DNA of 64,000 nt from Candidatus Doudnabacteria bacterium (GTDB lineage: Bacteria > Patescibacteriota > Doudnabacteria > UBA920 > VMFF01), in contig JAQBQP010000002.1 in the NCBI GenBank assembly GCA_028286905.1, positions 245,458 to 309,457 of the forward strand, given 5' to 3'. The position numbers and the translations under genes were made by a program. Position 1 is the stretch's first letter; each line of letters opens with the position of its first letter. Positions 25,424-34,972 of this stretch are shown in pieces. Below the pieces are notes generated by a model. That model was not told the origin of the DNA. It worked only from the letters and a program-made list of their open reading frames with translations, and made no database searches.

Positions 25424-27319
25424 ATGGTAAATTTTACCGCTCAACAATTGCGTCAGAAATTTTTGGATTTCTTTGCTTCAAAAGGGCATACAATTATTCC
25501 TTCTGCTCCGGTTGTGCCTCAGAATGATCCAACTGTCTTGTTCACAACTGCCGGAATGCACCCGTTGGTGCCATATTTGCTTGGAGAAAATCATCCTGGC
25601 GGAAAACGTGTTGCCGATGTCCAGAAGTGTATCCGTACTACGGATATTGATGAAGTCGGAGATAACCGGCATTTAACTTTTTTTGAGATGTTGGGTAATT
25701 GGAGTTTTGGTGATTACTTTAAAGATGAAGCAATCGACTGGTCTTTTGAATTTCTAACCTCTGAAGCAGGGGTAAATTTAGATCCTTCAAATATTTACGT
25801 CACAGTTTTTGAAGGCGACAAGGATGTTCCTGTTGACCATCAAGCGATCGGCGCTTGGAAAAGAGCTTTTCGAAGCCACCAGGCTCATCCGATTGAAGCA
25901 GAACTTTCTGAAGATATTTACAATTTCGGCGGGGCTTTAAAAATCTTTGCGTATCCGCGCTCAAAAAACTGGTGGCAAGCGGGGGACAAAGGTCCAGCTG
26001 GTCCAGATACTGAGATCTTTGTCGATACAGAAGGTTCTTTGCCGGAAGAGATGCGCGTAAAACACAATCGCTGGTCAACAGAAAGCAACTCCAAAGAAAA
26101 ATGTCATGTAAATTGTGACTGCGGCAGATTTATTGAAATCTGGAATAACGTTTTCATGCAGTACAATGGTTTGGGTGATGGCAAATATGAACCACTTGAT
26201 CAACAAAACGTTGATACCGGAATGGGTTTTGAACGCTTGCTTACTTATTTGCATGGTCAAAATACTGTTTATGATACAGAACTGTTTAAAGCTGCTTTTG
26301 ATGTCTTGCTTGAACAAATAGGCACTGTCACTAACGACCAAGAAGTTAAATCCAGAATTATCGTTGATCACTTAAGAGCAGCGGTCTTTATGGTGGCTGA
26401 CGGCGTTATCCCTTCAAACAAAGAGCGCGGATACGTTTTACGACGCTTGTTGCGCCGGGCGATGGTTCACGGGCGTTTGTTAGGGATGCGTGGAGATTGG
26501 GTTAGAAACATTTTAGAAGTTTATATTGAACAGTATAAAACCCAATACCCAGAAGTAGGCCATGGACGTGAAAATATTTTAAAAGTTATTTTGGAAGAAC
26601 AAACGAAGTTTGGCAAAACTCTTGAACAGGGAATTAAAGTAGCAACAAAATTCAAAGAACAACATCTTGGAGACGATTTAAGCCACAATGCAATTACCGG
26701 AGAAGTCGCTTTTGATCTATACCAGACCCACGGTTTCCCCAAAGAGGTCACCCAGGAACTATTTGGAATTAGAAACCCTGAAGCTTTCGATGAACAGTTT
26801 CAAAAACATCAGCAAACTTCTCGCACTGCTTCTGCCGGAACTTTCAAAGGTGGTTTAGCAGATCATTCTGAGCAAGTGGTTAAGATGCACACCGCCACCC
26901 ATTTATTACAAGCGGCATTGCGAAAAGTTTTGGGTGAACATGTTCAGCAAAAAGGCAGCAACATTACTCCTGAAAGACTTCGCTTTGATTTTACCAACTC
27001 CGAAAAAATGTCTGTTGAGCAAATTGCTGAAACACAAAAATTGGTAAACGAATATATTCAAAAGGATTTGAGAGTTTCAAAAGACTTGATGACTCCGGAT
27101 CAAGCCCGTGAACTTGGTGCAATTGGTTTGTTCGGCGAGAAGTATGGCGATACCGTTTCGATTTACACTATCTCAGATAAAACCGACGGCACCGTTTATT
27201 CCCGTGAATTTTGTGGCGGACCACATGTAGAGCATACCAATGAAATTGGCAAATTTACTATTCAAAAAGAAGAAGCGGTTAGCGCAGGAATTAGAAGAAT
27301 AAAAGCAACTATCGAATAA
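25424..27319 (+). CDS. alaS: Alanine--tRNA ligase (short form lacking the C-Ala domain)
   Basis: LFTTAGM, FFEMLGNWSFGDYFK, DTGMGFER, HTATHLL, EFCGGPHV, GIRRI at the C-terminus. Confidence 0.96.
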   Translation: MVNFTAQQLRQKFLDFFASKGHTIIPSAPVVPQNDPTVLFTTAGMHPLVPYLLGENHPGGKRVADVQKCIRTTDIDEVGDNRHLTFFEMLGNWSFGDYFKDEAIDWSFEFLTSEAGVNLDPSNIYVTVFEGDKDVPVDHQAIGAWKRAFRSHQAHPIEAELSEDIYNFGGALKIFAYPRSKNWWQAGDKGPAGPDTEIFVDTEGSLPEEMRVKHNRWSTESNSKEKCHVNCDCGRFIEIWNNVFMQYNGLGDGKYEPLDQQNVDTGMGFERLLTYLHGQNTVYDTELFKAAFDVLLEQIGTVTNDQEVKSRIIVDHLRAAVFMVADGVIPSNKERGYVLRRLLRRAMVHGRLLGMRGDWVRNILEVYIEQYKTQYPEVGHGRENILKVILEEQTKFGKTLEQGIKVATKFKEQHLGDDLSHNAITGEVAFDLYQTHGFPKEVTQELFGIRNPEAFDEQFQKHQQTSRTASAGTFKGGLADHSEQVVKMHTATHLLQAALRKVLGEHVQQKGSNITPERLRFDFTNSEKMSVEQIAETQKLVNEYIQKDLRVSKDLMTPDQARELGAIGLFGEKYGDTVSIYTISDKTDGTVYSREFCGGPHVEHTNEIGKFTIQKEEAVSAGIRRIKATIE

Positions 27320-27324
27320 CATAA

Positions 27325-28494
27325 ATGCATTTAGAGTTTTCAAATATTCCATTTTTTGAGCCATCGAATCTTTTTGAACCGGAATTAGCCATAACGGCTG
27401 AACCGGAATTTTTGAAATACAAGCCAAAGCTTGTTCAGCTTAAAGATTTATGGAAAGAGTACAATCATTTCAAAAATATTTTATTAATCGGACATGGTGG
27501 CAGCGTCACTAGCTTTATTGGAATTTATCAAACGTTGCCCACTGATAAAAACATTCAAATTCTTTCCACTGTTGATCCGGATTTTATTCAAAAAATAAAA
27601 TTGCAGTTTAAACCTGCAGAAACTTTGGTAATTGCCATATCTAAATCTGGCGAAACAATCACCCAGATAGAAATTGTTTTGCAGTTTTTAAACTACCCGC
27701 TGCTTTTTATTACCCAAAAGGGAACGGTCTTAGAACAAATTGGTCAAAAAGCAAAAGCAAGAATTATCAGCCACCCATCAATCGGCGGTAGGTATACTGC
27801 GTTTACAGAAGTTGCTTTAGTTCCCGCTGCAATCGCCGGTCTAAATGCTGAGAAAATTTTTGAAGGCGGCCAGGAAATGTTTACAAAGTTTTATCAAAGA
27901 AACATTGCTTTAGAACTTGCGGAAATAATGTTTGCGCTTGAGAACAAAGGTTTCGTCGATGTATTTATGCCATTTTATTCGCACGAGCTTTTTTCTTTTC
28001 AAAGTTTAATTGTTCAGCTATGCCATGAAAGTTTTGGTAAAGAGGGTAAAGGCCAAACTTATTTTGCACATGAAGCTCCGGAAAGTCAGCATCATACCAA
28101 TCAAAGGTTTTTTGGTGGACGAAAAAACATTGCAGGGTTGTTTATAAAATTGGAAAATTTTAAAAACGATCTATTTACAAACGTACCAACTTCAATGCAT
28201 AGCATTGCTATCAAAGACGGTTCATTGTTTGAATTGAATAAAATACCGTTATCTTTTGCGATGCATTCTGAATTTAAAGGCACCTGGGAAGATGCCAAGA
28301 TTCATGGTATACCTATTGTATCCCTGTCACTGAGCAGCTTGAGTCCTAAGGAGATCGGCTCCTTTATTGCTTTTTGGCAGATGTTTGCGGTCTACTCAGC
28401 TTTGCTGCGAAATGTAGATCCTTTTGACCAGCCGCAAGTTGAAAGCTCAAAATCCATTTCTTGGAACAAGCGCAAAGATTTTAAACGCGAATAG
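27325..28494 (+). CDS. pgi: Glucose-6-phosphate isomerase (compact SIS type)
   Basis: GHGGS, SKSGET, GGRYT, ESFGK, DPFDQPQVE. Confidence 0.85.
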   Translation: MHLEFSNIPFFEPSNLFEPELAITAEPEFLKYKPKLVQLKDLWKEYNHFKNILLIGHGGSVTSFIGIYQTLPTDKNIQILSTVDPDFIQKIKLQFKPAETLVIAISKSGETITQIEIVLQFLNYPLLFITQKGTVLEQIGQKAKARIISHPSIGGRYTAFTEVALVPAAIAGLNAEKIFEGGQEMFTKFYQRNIALELAEIMFALENKGFVDVFMPFYSHELFSFQSLIVQLCHESFGKEGKGQTYFAHEAPESQHHTNQRFFGGRKNIAGLFIKLENFKNDLFTNVPTSMHSIAIKDGSLFELNKIPLSFAMHSEFKGTWEDAKIHGIPIVSLSLSSLSPKEIGSFIAFWQMFAVYSALLRNVDPFDQPQVESSKSISWNKRKDFKRE

Positions 28495-28508
28495 AACCTA
28501 TTTCCAAC

Positions 28509-30143
28509 ATGTCCAAAGAGCTTTATTTAAAAATAGATGATGATGTAGCTAGAACTGTCGCCAAAGTTAAGAGGGTGGCTAGTTCTGATTTAACATTGGT
28601 CTTTCCGAAGGGAGCAATGGTTCTTTCTAATGTCGCCAACTTAAAAATGTTGAAAATGCAGATCGACCTGCTTGGCAAAACCGTTTCGATTTTAACCAAC
28701 GATCAAAGTGGACAAAATCGCGCGGTTGAAGCAGGCTTTCCTTTGCTAACTTTTGAAATGATGCGCCAGGGAATTAAAAGCGTTCCTGTTGCAAAACCAG
28801 CTCCAACGTATGAACCCGTTATTCAAGCGCCGCCCATTTTTAAGCCAAAAGCACAGCAATCGCCTGAACAAACTTATGTTGCGCCAGTAATAGCAGCTTC
28901 AGCGGTTACAGTAGCTCAGCCTGTCGCTAGACCGCTGGCACCGCAACAATTCCCAGCGAAGTCTCTAGCTAAAAAAGAAGTTAGTAATGCAAAAATTTGG
29001 TTTGCGGTATGTTTGTTATTCGCGGTGTTGGTGGTGATGTCAGCATATTTAATATTGCCGCACGCGAATATCACAGTTTATGCGCACACTCAGCCAATCG
29101 GCCGGACTTTGCAAATTTCTATCGACAAAAACGTTCAAAATGCTGACTCTAAAAATTTGGTTTTTCCGGGACAGATTCTAGATAAAGATCAGATTGTAAA
29201 TAAAACGTATTTAGCAACCGGGAAATTAAATGTTGGTACAAAAGCCCAAGGCGCCGTGCAATTTTACAATTATACCGGTAAAACTTTAAAATTTAATGCC
29301 GACACTACCACATTGAGCGTGGGCACAAACCTTTATCATTTGCAAAAGAATGTTAGTGGAGTTAAGCCGACTAAAAACATTTCGGGAACTAATAATCCGG
29401 ATCCTGCTTCGCTAACTCCAGAAATTGCGGTTGTCGCCGATCAAAATGGTGATAATTATAATTTGCCCGCAGGCACAAGGTTTGAAATTCATAATCAGGT
29501 TCTTGGGGATACTCCTCAAACTTTATATGCTTACAACTCAAAGCCGATCGATGGCGGAGTGTCTAAATTTACTAGCATTGTAACGCAGCAAGATTTAGAC
29601 AATGCTAAAAATGATTTAAAACAATCAATGCTTGAATCAGCGAAGAGCGATTTATTCACTAGGGTAGGCTTATCAATTATCGATTCAGGCGCTCAAGTTA
29701 CTACAGCTGATCCAATATTTGATAAAAAGGTTAATGATGCCGCGGTTAGTTTTAATACTCAAATGACCGGTCATGTGAAGGCTTTGGCTTTCGACCAAGA
29801 GGCGTTGCAACAGTTGGTAGTACAGCGTATAAACTTAACTTTAGATTCGAACAAAGTTTTGAATATGGATAAAGCGCATTGGACCAGTTCTTTCAAAACA
29901 GTTGATTTAGACAAAGGAACCGGTGTGTTGGATATAAAATACGATGGCTTTGTATCTTCAAAGATTGACCCTAAAGAAATCGAAGCTGAGGCCAGGGGTA
30001 AAACAGTGTCTGATCTTAAGGAAAACCTGCTTTCAGATCCGAATATCGACGGAGCTGATATTGTTTTAGCGCCTTCGTGGGCGAAAACCTTGCCAAACCT
30101 TAACGGTAGAATTAAGGCAATGGTAACGATTAAACAGCCGTAA
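28509..30143 (+). CDS. Single-pass membrane protein with a baseplate J/gp47-like region
   Basis: N-domain, Pro-rich linker, TM, then ATGK..KAQG.V.FYN, V.ADQ.GD.YN, GG.....IVTQQD. Confidence 0.65.
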   Translation: MSKELYLKIDDDVARTVAKVKRVASSDLTLVFPKGAMVLSNVANLKMLKMQIDLLGKTVSILTNDQSGQNRAVEAGFPLLTFEMMRQGIKSVPVAKPAPTYEPVIQAPPIFKPKAQQSPEQTYVAPVIAASAVTVAQPVARPLAPQQFPAKSLAKKEVSNAKIWFAVCLLFAVLVVMSAYLILPHANITVYAHTQPIGRTLQISIDKNVQNADSKNLVFPGQILDKDQIVNKTYLATGKLNVGTKAQGAVQFYNYTGKTLKFNADTTTLSVGTNLYHLQKNVSGVKPTKNISGTNNPDPASLTPEIAVVADQNGDNYNLPAGTRFEIHNQVLGDTPQTLYAYNSKPIDGGVSKFTSIVTQQDLDNAKNDLKQSMLESAKSDLFTRVGLSIIDSGAQVTTADPIFDKKVNDAAVSFNTQMTGHVKALAFDQEALQQLVVQRINLTLDSNKVLNMDKAHWTSSFKTVDLDKGTGVLDIKYDGFVSSKIDPKEIEAEARGKTVSDLKENLLSDPNIDGADIVLAPSWAKTLPNLNGRIKAMVTIKQP

Positions 30144-30145
30144 AG

Positions 30146-30174
30146 TTGACATCCCAGCCGATCTTTGGTACAAT
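30146..30174 (+). promoter_or_regulatory. Sigma70 promoter of the infA-alpha operon
   Basis: TTGACA, 17 nt spacer, TACAAT, with an extended -10 TG. Confidence 0.75.
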
Positions 30175-30203
30175 TTCGACAACTAGAATTTAAGGTAAAA
30201 ACT

Positions 30204-30455
30204 ATTTCTACGAGCACACACGACTTTGGAAAGTCCGACAAAAGTAAAGAAGTTATAGAGCTAGATGGGAAGGTATTAGAAAACCTGCCTAATGCTTTAT
30301 TTCGTATCCAAATTGATTCGGGACAAATAATTCTTGCACATATTGCAGGAAAGCTTCGGGTCAACAAAATTCGTGTTTTGCCTGGCGATAAGGTTATCGT
30401 CGAGGTGACGCCATACGATCTTACAAGAGGCCGTATTGTTCGCAGATTGAGATAG
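30204..30455 (+). CDS. infA: Translation initiation factor IF-1 (start uncertain: ATT 30204 or TTG 30165)
   Basis: [42 protein letters not shown]. Confidence 0.93.
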   Translation: MSTSTHDFGKSDKSKEVIELDGKVLENLPNALFRIQIDSGQIILAHIAGKLRVNKIRVLPGDKVIVEVTPYDLTRGRIVRRLR

Positions 30456-30528
30456 TCGCACTTTAATTTCTCAACGCCGCTACAGTATCTAGTAGCATGT
30501 TAGATTAAGAACTAAGGACTAAGAAAAT

Positions 30529-30645
30529 ATGAAGGTAAGAGCAAGCGTTAAAAAGATGTGTAAAGATTGCAAAATCGTCCGCAGAAGCGGAGTGCTTTTT
30601 GTAATCTGTCCGAAAACTCCTAAACATAAGCAAAGACAAGGCTAA
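30529..30645 (+). CDS. rpmJ: 50S ribosomal protein L36 (Zn-binding type; absent from the ORF track)
   Basis: Own translation: [38 protein letters not shown]. Confidence 0.97.
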   Translation: MKVRASVKKMCKDCKIVRRSGVLFVICPKTPKHKQRQG

Positions 30646-30650
30646 TAACT

Positions 30651-31040
30651 ATGGCAAGAATAGCTGGAATCAATATTCCAAATGAAAAAAGAATAGAAGC
30701 GTCGCTACCATACATTTATGGTGTTGGTGCGCCTATGGCTAGAAAGATCTTAAAGGAAACAGGGGTTAGCCCAGATATCCGCACTAAAGATCTTACTGAA
30801 GAAGATTTAAACAAGCTTCGCGATTATATTGAGAAGAAGTTTAAAGTTGAAGGCCAATTACGTCAGCAAATCCTTTTGAATATCAAAAGATTAAAAGAAA
30901 TCGGATCATATCGTGGAACCCGCCATATTAAAGGCTTGCCGGTTCGCGGTCAGAGAACTAAGACCAACTCCAGAACACGCAGAGGCAACGTTAGAAGAAC
31001 TGCTGGATCAGGTAGAAAGAATGCTAACGAAAAGACCTAA
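30651..31040 (+). CDS. rpsM: 30S ribosomal protein S13
   Basis: [22 protein letters not shown]. Confidence 0.98.
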   Translation: MARIAGINIPNEKRIEASLPYIYGVGAPMARKILKETGVSPDIRTKDLTEEDLNKLRDYIEKKFKVEGQLRQQILLNIKRLKEIGSYRGTRHIKGLPVRGQRTKTNSRTRRGNVRRTAGSGRKNANEKT

Positions 31041-31062
31041 GGTCTAGAAGTTAATAACAACT

Positions 31063-31506
31063 ATGGAAGATACAAAGACAACAACTGAAGAAACTGCTGC
31101 AGAAACCAAAGCCGCAGCACCTGCTACTACTGCAAAGAAGAAAAAAGGTGCCAAGGTTAAGGTTACTAAGGGTAAAGTTTACGTTCAGTCGACATACAAC
31201 AATACAATCGTCACTATTACAGACATTGCTGGAAACGTTATTTCTTGGGGCAGCGCTGGACTAGTAGGTTTCAAAGGTTCAAAGAAATCTACTCCTTACG
31301 CAGCTCAGAAGACCATGGAAGATACTATTCAAAGAGTTAAAGACCGTGGTTTGCAGGAAGTGGACGTACTAGTAAAAGGAATTGGTTCCGGAAGAGAATC
31401 AGCAGTTCGAGCCTTACAAAGCTCAGGTCTAATCGTTCTATCGATTAAAGATCAAACTCCGATTCCACACGGTGGTGTCAGACCAAAGAAAGTGAGAAGA
31501 GTTTAA
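31063..31506 (+). CDS. rpsK: 30S ribosomal protein S11
   Basis: STYNNTIVTITD, KKSTPYAA, TPIPHGG. Confidence 0.98.
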   Translation: MEDTKTTTEETAAETKAAAPATTAKKKKGAKVKVTKGKVYVQSTYNNTIVTITDIAGNVISWGSAGLVGFKGSKKSTPYAAQKTMEDTIQRVKDRGLQEVDVLVKGIGSGRESAVRALQSSGLIVLSIKDQTPIPHGGVRPKKVRRV

Positions 31507-31507
31507 T

Positions 31508-32113
31508 ATGAGATATACAGGACCAAAAGTTAAAAAAGCTAGAAAGTTTGGCGAAGCAATCACAGCCAAGGATGTCAAAGCTTTGATGAAGCGTAACTAT
31601 CCTCCAGGCCAGCATGGCCAAGGAAAGGGACGTGTCTCAGAATACGGCACTCAGCTGAAGGAAAAGCAAAAAGCTAAATGGACTTACGGCGTTCTTGAAA
31701 AGCAATTCAGAAAATATTTTGAAGAAGCTAGCAAGAAAAAAGGAATTACCGGCGATGCTTTATTGCAAATCTTGGAATCCCGCCTAGACAACGTTGTCTA
31801 CCGTTTATCTCTTGCTGAAACTAGAGCGCAAGCTCGTCAGATCGTTTCTCACGGTTTCATTACTGTGAACGGCAAGAATGTAAACATTCCTTCCTACCTA
31901 ACTAAAGTCGGCGATTCTATTTCTATTAGAGAAGCAAAACGTAAATCAAAATACGTCGACATTCTTAAAGCGAAACTGAAAAACGTTAAGACTCAAGAAT
32001 GGGTTTCTCTAAATGAAGACCAGTTAACAGGAAAAGTATTGAGTTTGCCAACTGCTGAGCAGATGGAAAACAAGATCAACACTCAGTTAATTGTAGAATT
32101 GTACTCAAGATAA
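31508..32113 (+). CDS. rpsD: 30S ribosomal protein S4
   Basis: RYTGPK, PPGQHG, LESRLDNVVYR, IVELYSR. Confidence 0.98.
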   Translation: MRYTGPKVKKARKFGEAITAKDVKALMKRNYPPGQHGQGKGRVSEYGTQLKEKQKAKWTYGVLEKQFRKYFEEASKKKGITGDALLQILESRLDNVVYRLSLAETRAQARQIVSHGFITVNGKNVNIPSYLTKVGDSISIREAKRKSKYVDILKAKLKNVKTQEWVSLNEDQLTGKVLSLPTAEQMENKINTQLIVELYSR

Positions 32114-32220
32114 TCAATAAATTAATTAATAAGGTCGGAAGACCTAAGGAGATCTTGTTTATAAGGTCTAAGCGCTACACGAACTCGGGCTCGCTTATAT
32201 CGAAAGAACAAGAAAACTAA

Positions 32221-33186
32221 ATGGAAGCAGTTCCATTACCAAATCAAGTTAGTTTAGTCAGCCAAGAAGGCGACATGTACAACTTTGTCATGGAACCTTT
32301 GTACCCAGGTTATGGTGTTACTATCGGTAACACTTTGAGAAGAGTTTTACTTTCCTCAATGCCAGGAGCTGCAGTAGTTGCAGTTAAGATGAAATGGGTT
32401 GATCATGAATTTTCTACGATTCCAAATATCAAAGAAGATGTGATTGAAATCATTTTGAATTTGAAGAACTTACGTTTGAAAGTTCACACCGAAGAGCCAG
32501 TTAGACTTTCTTTAAAAGTTAAAGGCGAAAAGGTTGTTACATCTGCTGATATAAAAGAAACAGATTTGGTTGAGATCGTTAACAAAGATTTGCACATTGC
32601 AACTTTAGATAACAAGAACGCGGAATTGGACATGGAATTGATTGTCCAACAGGGTCGTGGCTATGTTCCAGTTGAACAGCGTGAAAACGAAAAACTGGAG
32701 ATTGGCATGATTGCTGTTGATGCAATTTACACCCCGATTAAAAACGTTAACTACGATGTAGAAAACGTTCGTGTCGGACAAATGACCAACTTTGATCGTT
32801 TGAAACTATCAATGGAAACAGACGGTACTATTACCGGACAAGAAGCTTTAAACATTGCTGCCCACATCTTAGTAGACCACTTCGGTATGTTTATCAACGA
32901 TGCCAGCATTGCCGCTAACGCTGTTAGCAGCCCTAAAGCTGAAATTAGCGCTCCAGAAGCGTTTGTTGCTGAACCAGAGGCTGAATCAACCGTTGCTTCA
33001 GTAGGAACGCCTGTGAAGAGCTTAAACCTTTCCGTTAGAGCGCAAAACGCTTTAGAAAAGAACGCTGTAAACTCCGTTGAAGAATTAGAAGCAATGTCCG
33101 CTGAAGACATCAAGAATCTTGATGGCTTAGGCGAAAAATCTGTAAACGAAATCTTAGAAGTATTGGGTAAGACCCCTCAAGAATAA
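32221..33186 (+). CDS. rpoA: RNA polymerase subunit alpha
   Basis: EPLYPGYGVTIGNTLRRVLLSS, HEFSTI, GRGYVP; alpha-CTD LNLSVRAQNAL. Confidence 0.98.
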   Translation: MEAVPLPNQVSLVSQEGDMYNFVMEPLYPGYGVTIGNTLRRVLLSSMPGAAVVAVKMKWVDHEFSTIPNIKEDVIEIILNLKNLRLKVHTEEPVRLSLKVKGEKVVTSADIKETDLVEIVNKDLHIATLDNKNAELDMELIVQQGRGYVPVEQRENEKLEIGMIAVDAIYTPIKNVNYDVENVRVGQMTNFDRLKLSMETDGTITGQEALNIAAHILVDHFGMFINDASIAANAVSSPKAEISAPEAFVAEPEAESTVASVGTPVKSLNLSVRAQNALEKNAVNSVEELEAMSAEDIKNLDGLGEKSVNEILEVLGKTPQE

Positions 33187-33190
33187 TTAT

Positions 33191-33538
33191 ATGCGTCATC
33201 GAATTAAGAAGACTAAAAAACTTGGCCGTGGAATGGATTCCCGCAGAAAACTGTTACGTACTTTGGCTTCCTCTGTAATTGTTTACGAGAAAATTGAAAC
33301 TAATCAGAGCAATGCTAAAGCGATCCGCAGCTATGTTGATAAAATGATTACCAAAGGCAAAATTCAGACATTGCATGCTAACCGTCAGTTAATGGCTGGT
33401 TTAACAACCAATGCTGCTAAGAAAGTTTATGAAGTATTAGCGCCGCGTTTTATGGAACGCAAGGGCGGATACACTAGAATATTAATTTCCGGAAAAAGCA
33501 AAGACGGAGCCAACAAGTATATTGTTGAACTAGTTTAA
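33191..33538 (+). CDS. rplQ: 50S ribosomal protein L17
   Basis: MRHR..KKLGR, RKGGYTRI. Confidence 0.96.
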   Translation: MRHRIKKTKKLGRGMDSRRKLLRTLASSVIVYEKIETNQSNAKAIRSYVDKMITKGKIQTLHANRQLMAGLTTNAAKKVYEVLAPRFMERKGGYTRILISGKSKDGANKYIVELV

Positions 33539-33542
33539 TTTT

Positions 33543-33962
33543 ATGAAAACACCGAAATCTCACATTCCAAAAAACGTTCAACGTATTTGGTGGGAAATAG
33601 ATGCTTCCTCAAATTCGATGGGAAGAGTCGCTACAGTTATTGCGAATAGACTTCGCGGCAAACTGAAGAGAGACTTCACTCCACACATCGACATGGGGGA
33701 CTTTGTTGTCGCTGTGAACGTTGATAAGATGAAGTTCACCGGAAGAAAAATCGAGCAGAAGCTTTATCACTCCCATACTGGTTTCCCGGGCGGAGTTAGA
33801 ACCAAACAGTTAAAGCACATGATCATTGATGACCCTGAAGATGTTTTAAGAAGAGCAGTTTTTAACATGATCGACGATATGAAACTTCGTAAGCCGATGA
33901 TGCGAAGACTGAAGTTTGTAAAAGGTACTACCCATGAGTACAAAATTGATAAGAAAGCTTAA
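33543..33962 (+). CDS. rplM: 50S ribosomal protein L13
   Basis: GRVAT, LRGK, FTPHIDMGDFV, HTGFPGG. Confidence 0.97.
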   Translation: MKTPKSHIPKNVQRIWWEIDASSNSMGRVATVIANRLRGKLKRDFTPHIDMGDFVVAVNVDKMKFTGRKIEQKLYHSHTGFPGGVRTKQLKHMIIDDPEDVLRRAVFNMIDDMKLRKPMMRRLKFVKGTTHEYKIDKKA

Positions 33963-33967
33963 TTTCC

Positions 33968-34537
33968 ATGCCGACAACTACTAAAAAAACTCCAACAACT
34001 AAAAAGCCAGCTGCTCCAAAAAAGACTAAAGCTGCAGCAGCCGTTGTAGAAAAACAATCCGCTGTTGAAGCTGAAGCTTTTATTCCTGTTCCTGCACTAT
34101 CTGAGAAAACTGAAAAAGTTTTAGCAGTAGGCGAGCTTAAATTGGAAAACGGCAGATATGCTTATTCTGTAGGACGCAGAAAAACCTCTATTGCAAATGT
34201 TCGTTTGTTTGCAGGCAAAGGCAAGAGCATGGTTAACGATAAAGAAATTTTGGCGTACTTCGGAAACAAAGCTTTGGTTGAACGTGCTTACAAGCCGTTA
34301 GCCTTAACTGGTTTAGAAGGTCATGCTCACATCGTCGTTGTAATCAACGGGGGTGGTTTAAATTCTCAATCCGAAGCTATTTCTCACGGCATTGCTACAG
34401 CAATGGTAAAGAACAATGAAGAGTTTAGAAAAGTTCTTAAAAAGAACGGAACGCTAACTCGCGATAGCAGAATGAAAGAAAGAAAGAAACCAGGTTTGAA
34501 GGGTGCCCGTCGTGGTTCACAGTGGGCGAAACGCTAG
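33968..34537 (+). CDS. rpsI: 30S ribosomal protein S9 with an N-terminal extension
   Basis: GRRKTS, GGG..SQ, LTRDSRMKERKKPGL, QWAKR. Confidence 0.97.
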   Translation: MPTTTKKTPTTKKPAAPKKTKAAAAVVEKQSAVEAEAFIPVPALSEKTEKVLAVGELKLENGRYAYSVGRRKTSIANVRLFAGKGKSMVNDKEILAYFGNKALVERAYKPLALTGLEGHAHIVVVINGGGLNSQSEAISHGIATAMVKNNEEFRKVLKKNGTLTRDSRMKERKKPGLKGARRGSQWAKR

Positions 34538-34568
34538 GTTAGCACGCTTTACAACACTACAAAATATT

Positions 34569-34602
34569 CAAAAAAACCGTCTATTATCAGACGGTTTTTT
34601 TG
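34569..34602. terminator. Bidirectional intrinsic terminator
   Basis: AAAAAAACCGTCT-ATTATC-AGACGGTTTTTTT between convergent genes. Confidence 0.85.
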
Positions 34603-34621
34603 TATGCTAGTTTAAAACGTT

Positions 34622-34972
34622 TTATTTTAACTTTAAATTAACTACTTTTTCAACTAATTTATTTTGGAGATTATCCATTCTTTGCTTTGATCCTGCGCAG
34701 AATCCAGGCTGGTTAGTTTGCGGGTCTATTGTGGCGCATCCTTTTTTATCTTCCTCTTCCGCAGCGGAATATATATCTTTTTTTAATTGAATTATTTCTT
34801 CGTTCGTAATTAACGATGTGGGTATTGCAGCGTCTGCCTTTCTTTTTTCAGTCAATTCAGCGAAAAGCGATATCTTACTTTGTTTATAAATCTTAGTTAA
34901 AAAAATGCTAGCAAATATAAAAACCCCTAATAAGGCTACCCATGACAAACCTTTTGCGTATCTATTGCTCAT
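34622..34972 (-). CDS. Small membrane-anchored hypothetical protein
   Basis: N-terminal TM, a Cys pair; ATG at 34972. Confidence 0.6.
   Translation of the reverse strand: MSNRYAKGLSWVALLGVFIFASIFLTKIYKQSKISLFAELTEKRKADAAIPTSLITNEEIIQLKKDIYSAAEEEDKKGCATIDPQTNQPGFCAGSKQRMDNLQNKLVEKVVNLKLK

Noticed and set aside
28509-30143. Prophage suggested by the baseplate-J-like gene
   Set aside because: No other phage genes, integrase or compositional shift; the protein has a TM.
29771-30367. 198-aa minus-strand ORF (likewise 57603..58133 and 60423..60977)
   Set aside because: Antisense to well-supported genes, with no recognisable motifs.
32132-32213. Possible SRP (4.5S) RNA because of the GGAA tetraloop
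   Set aside because: Lacks the CAGG/AGCA internal-loop motif flanking the tetraloop stem.
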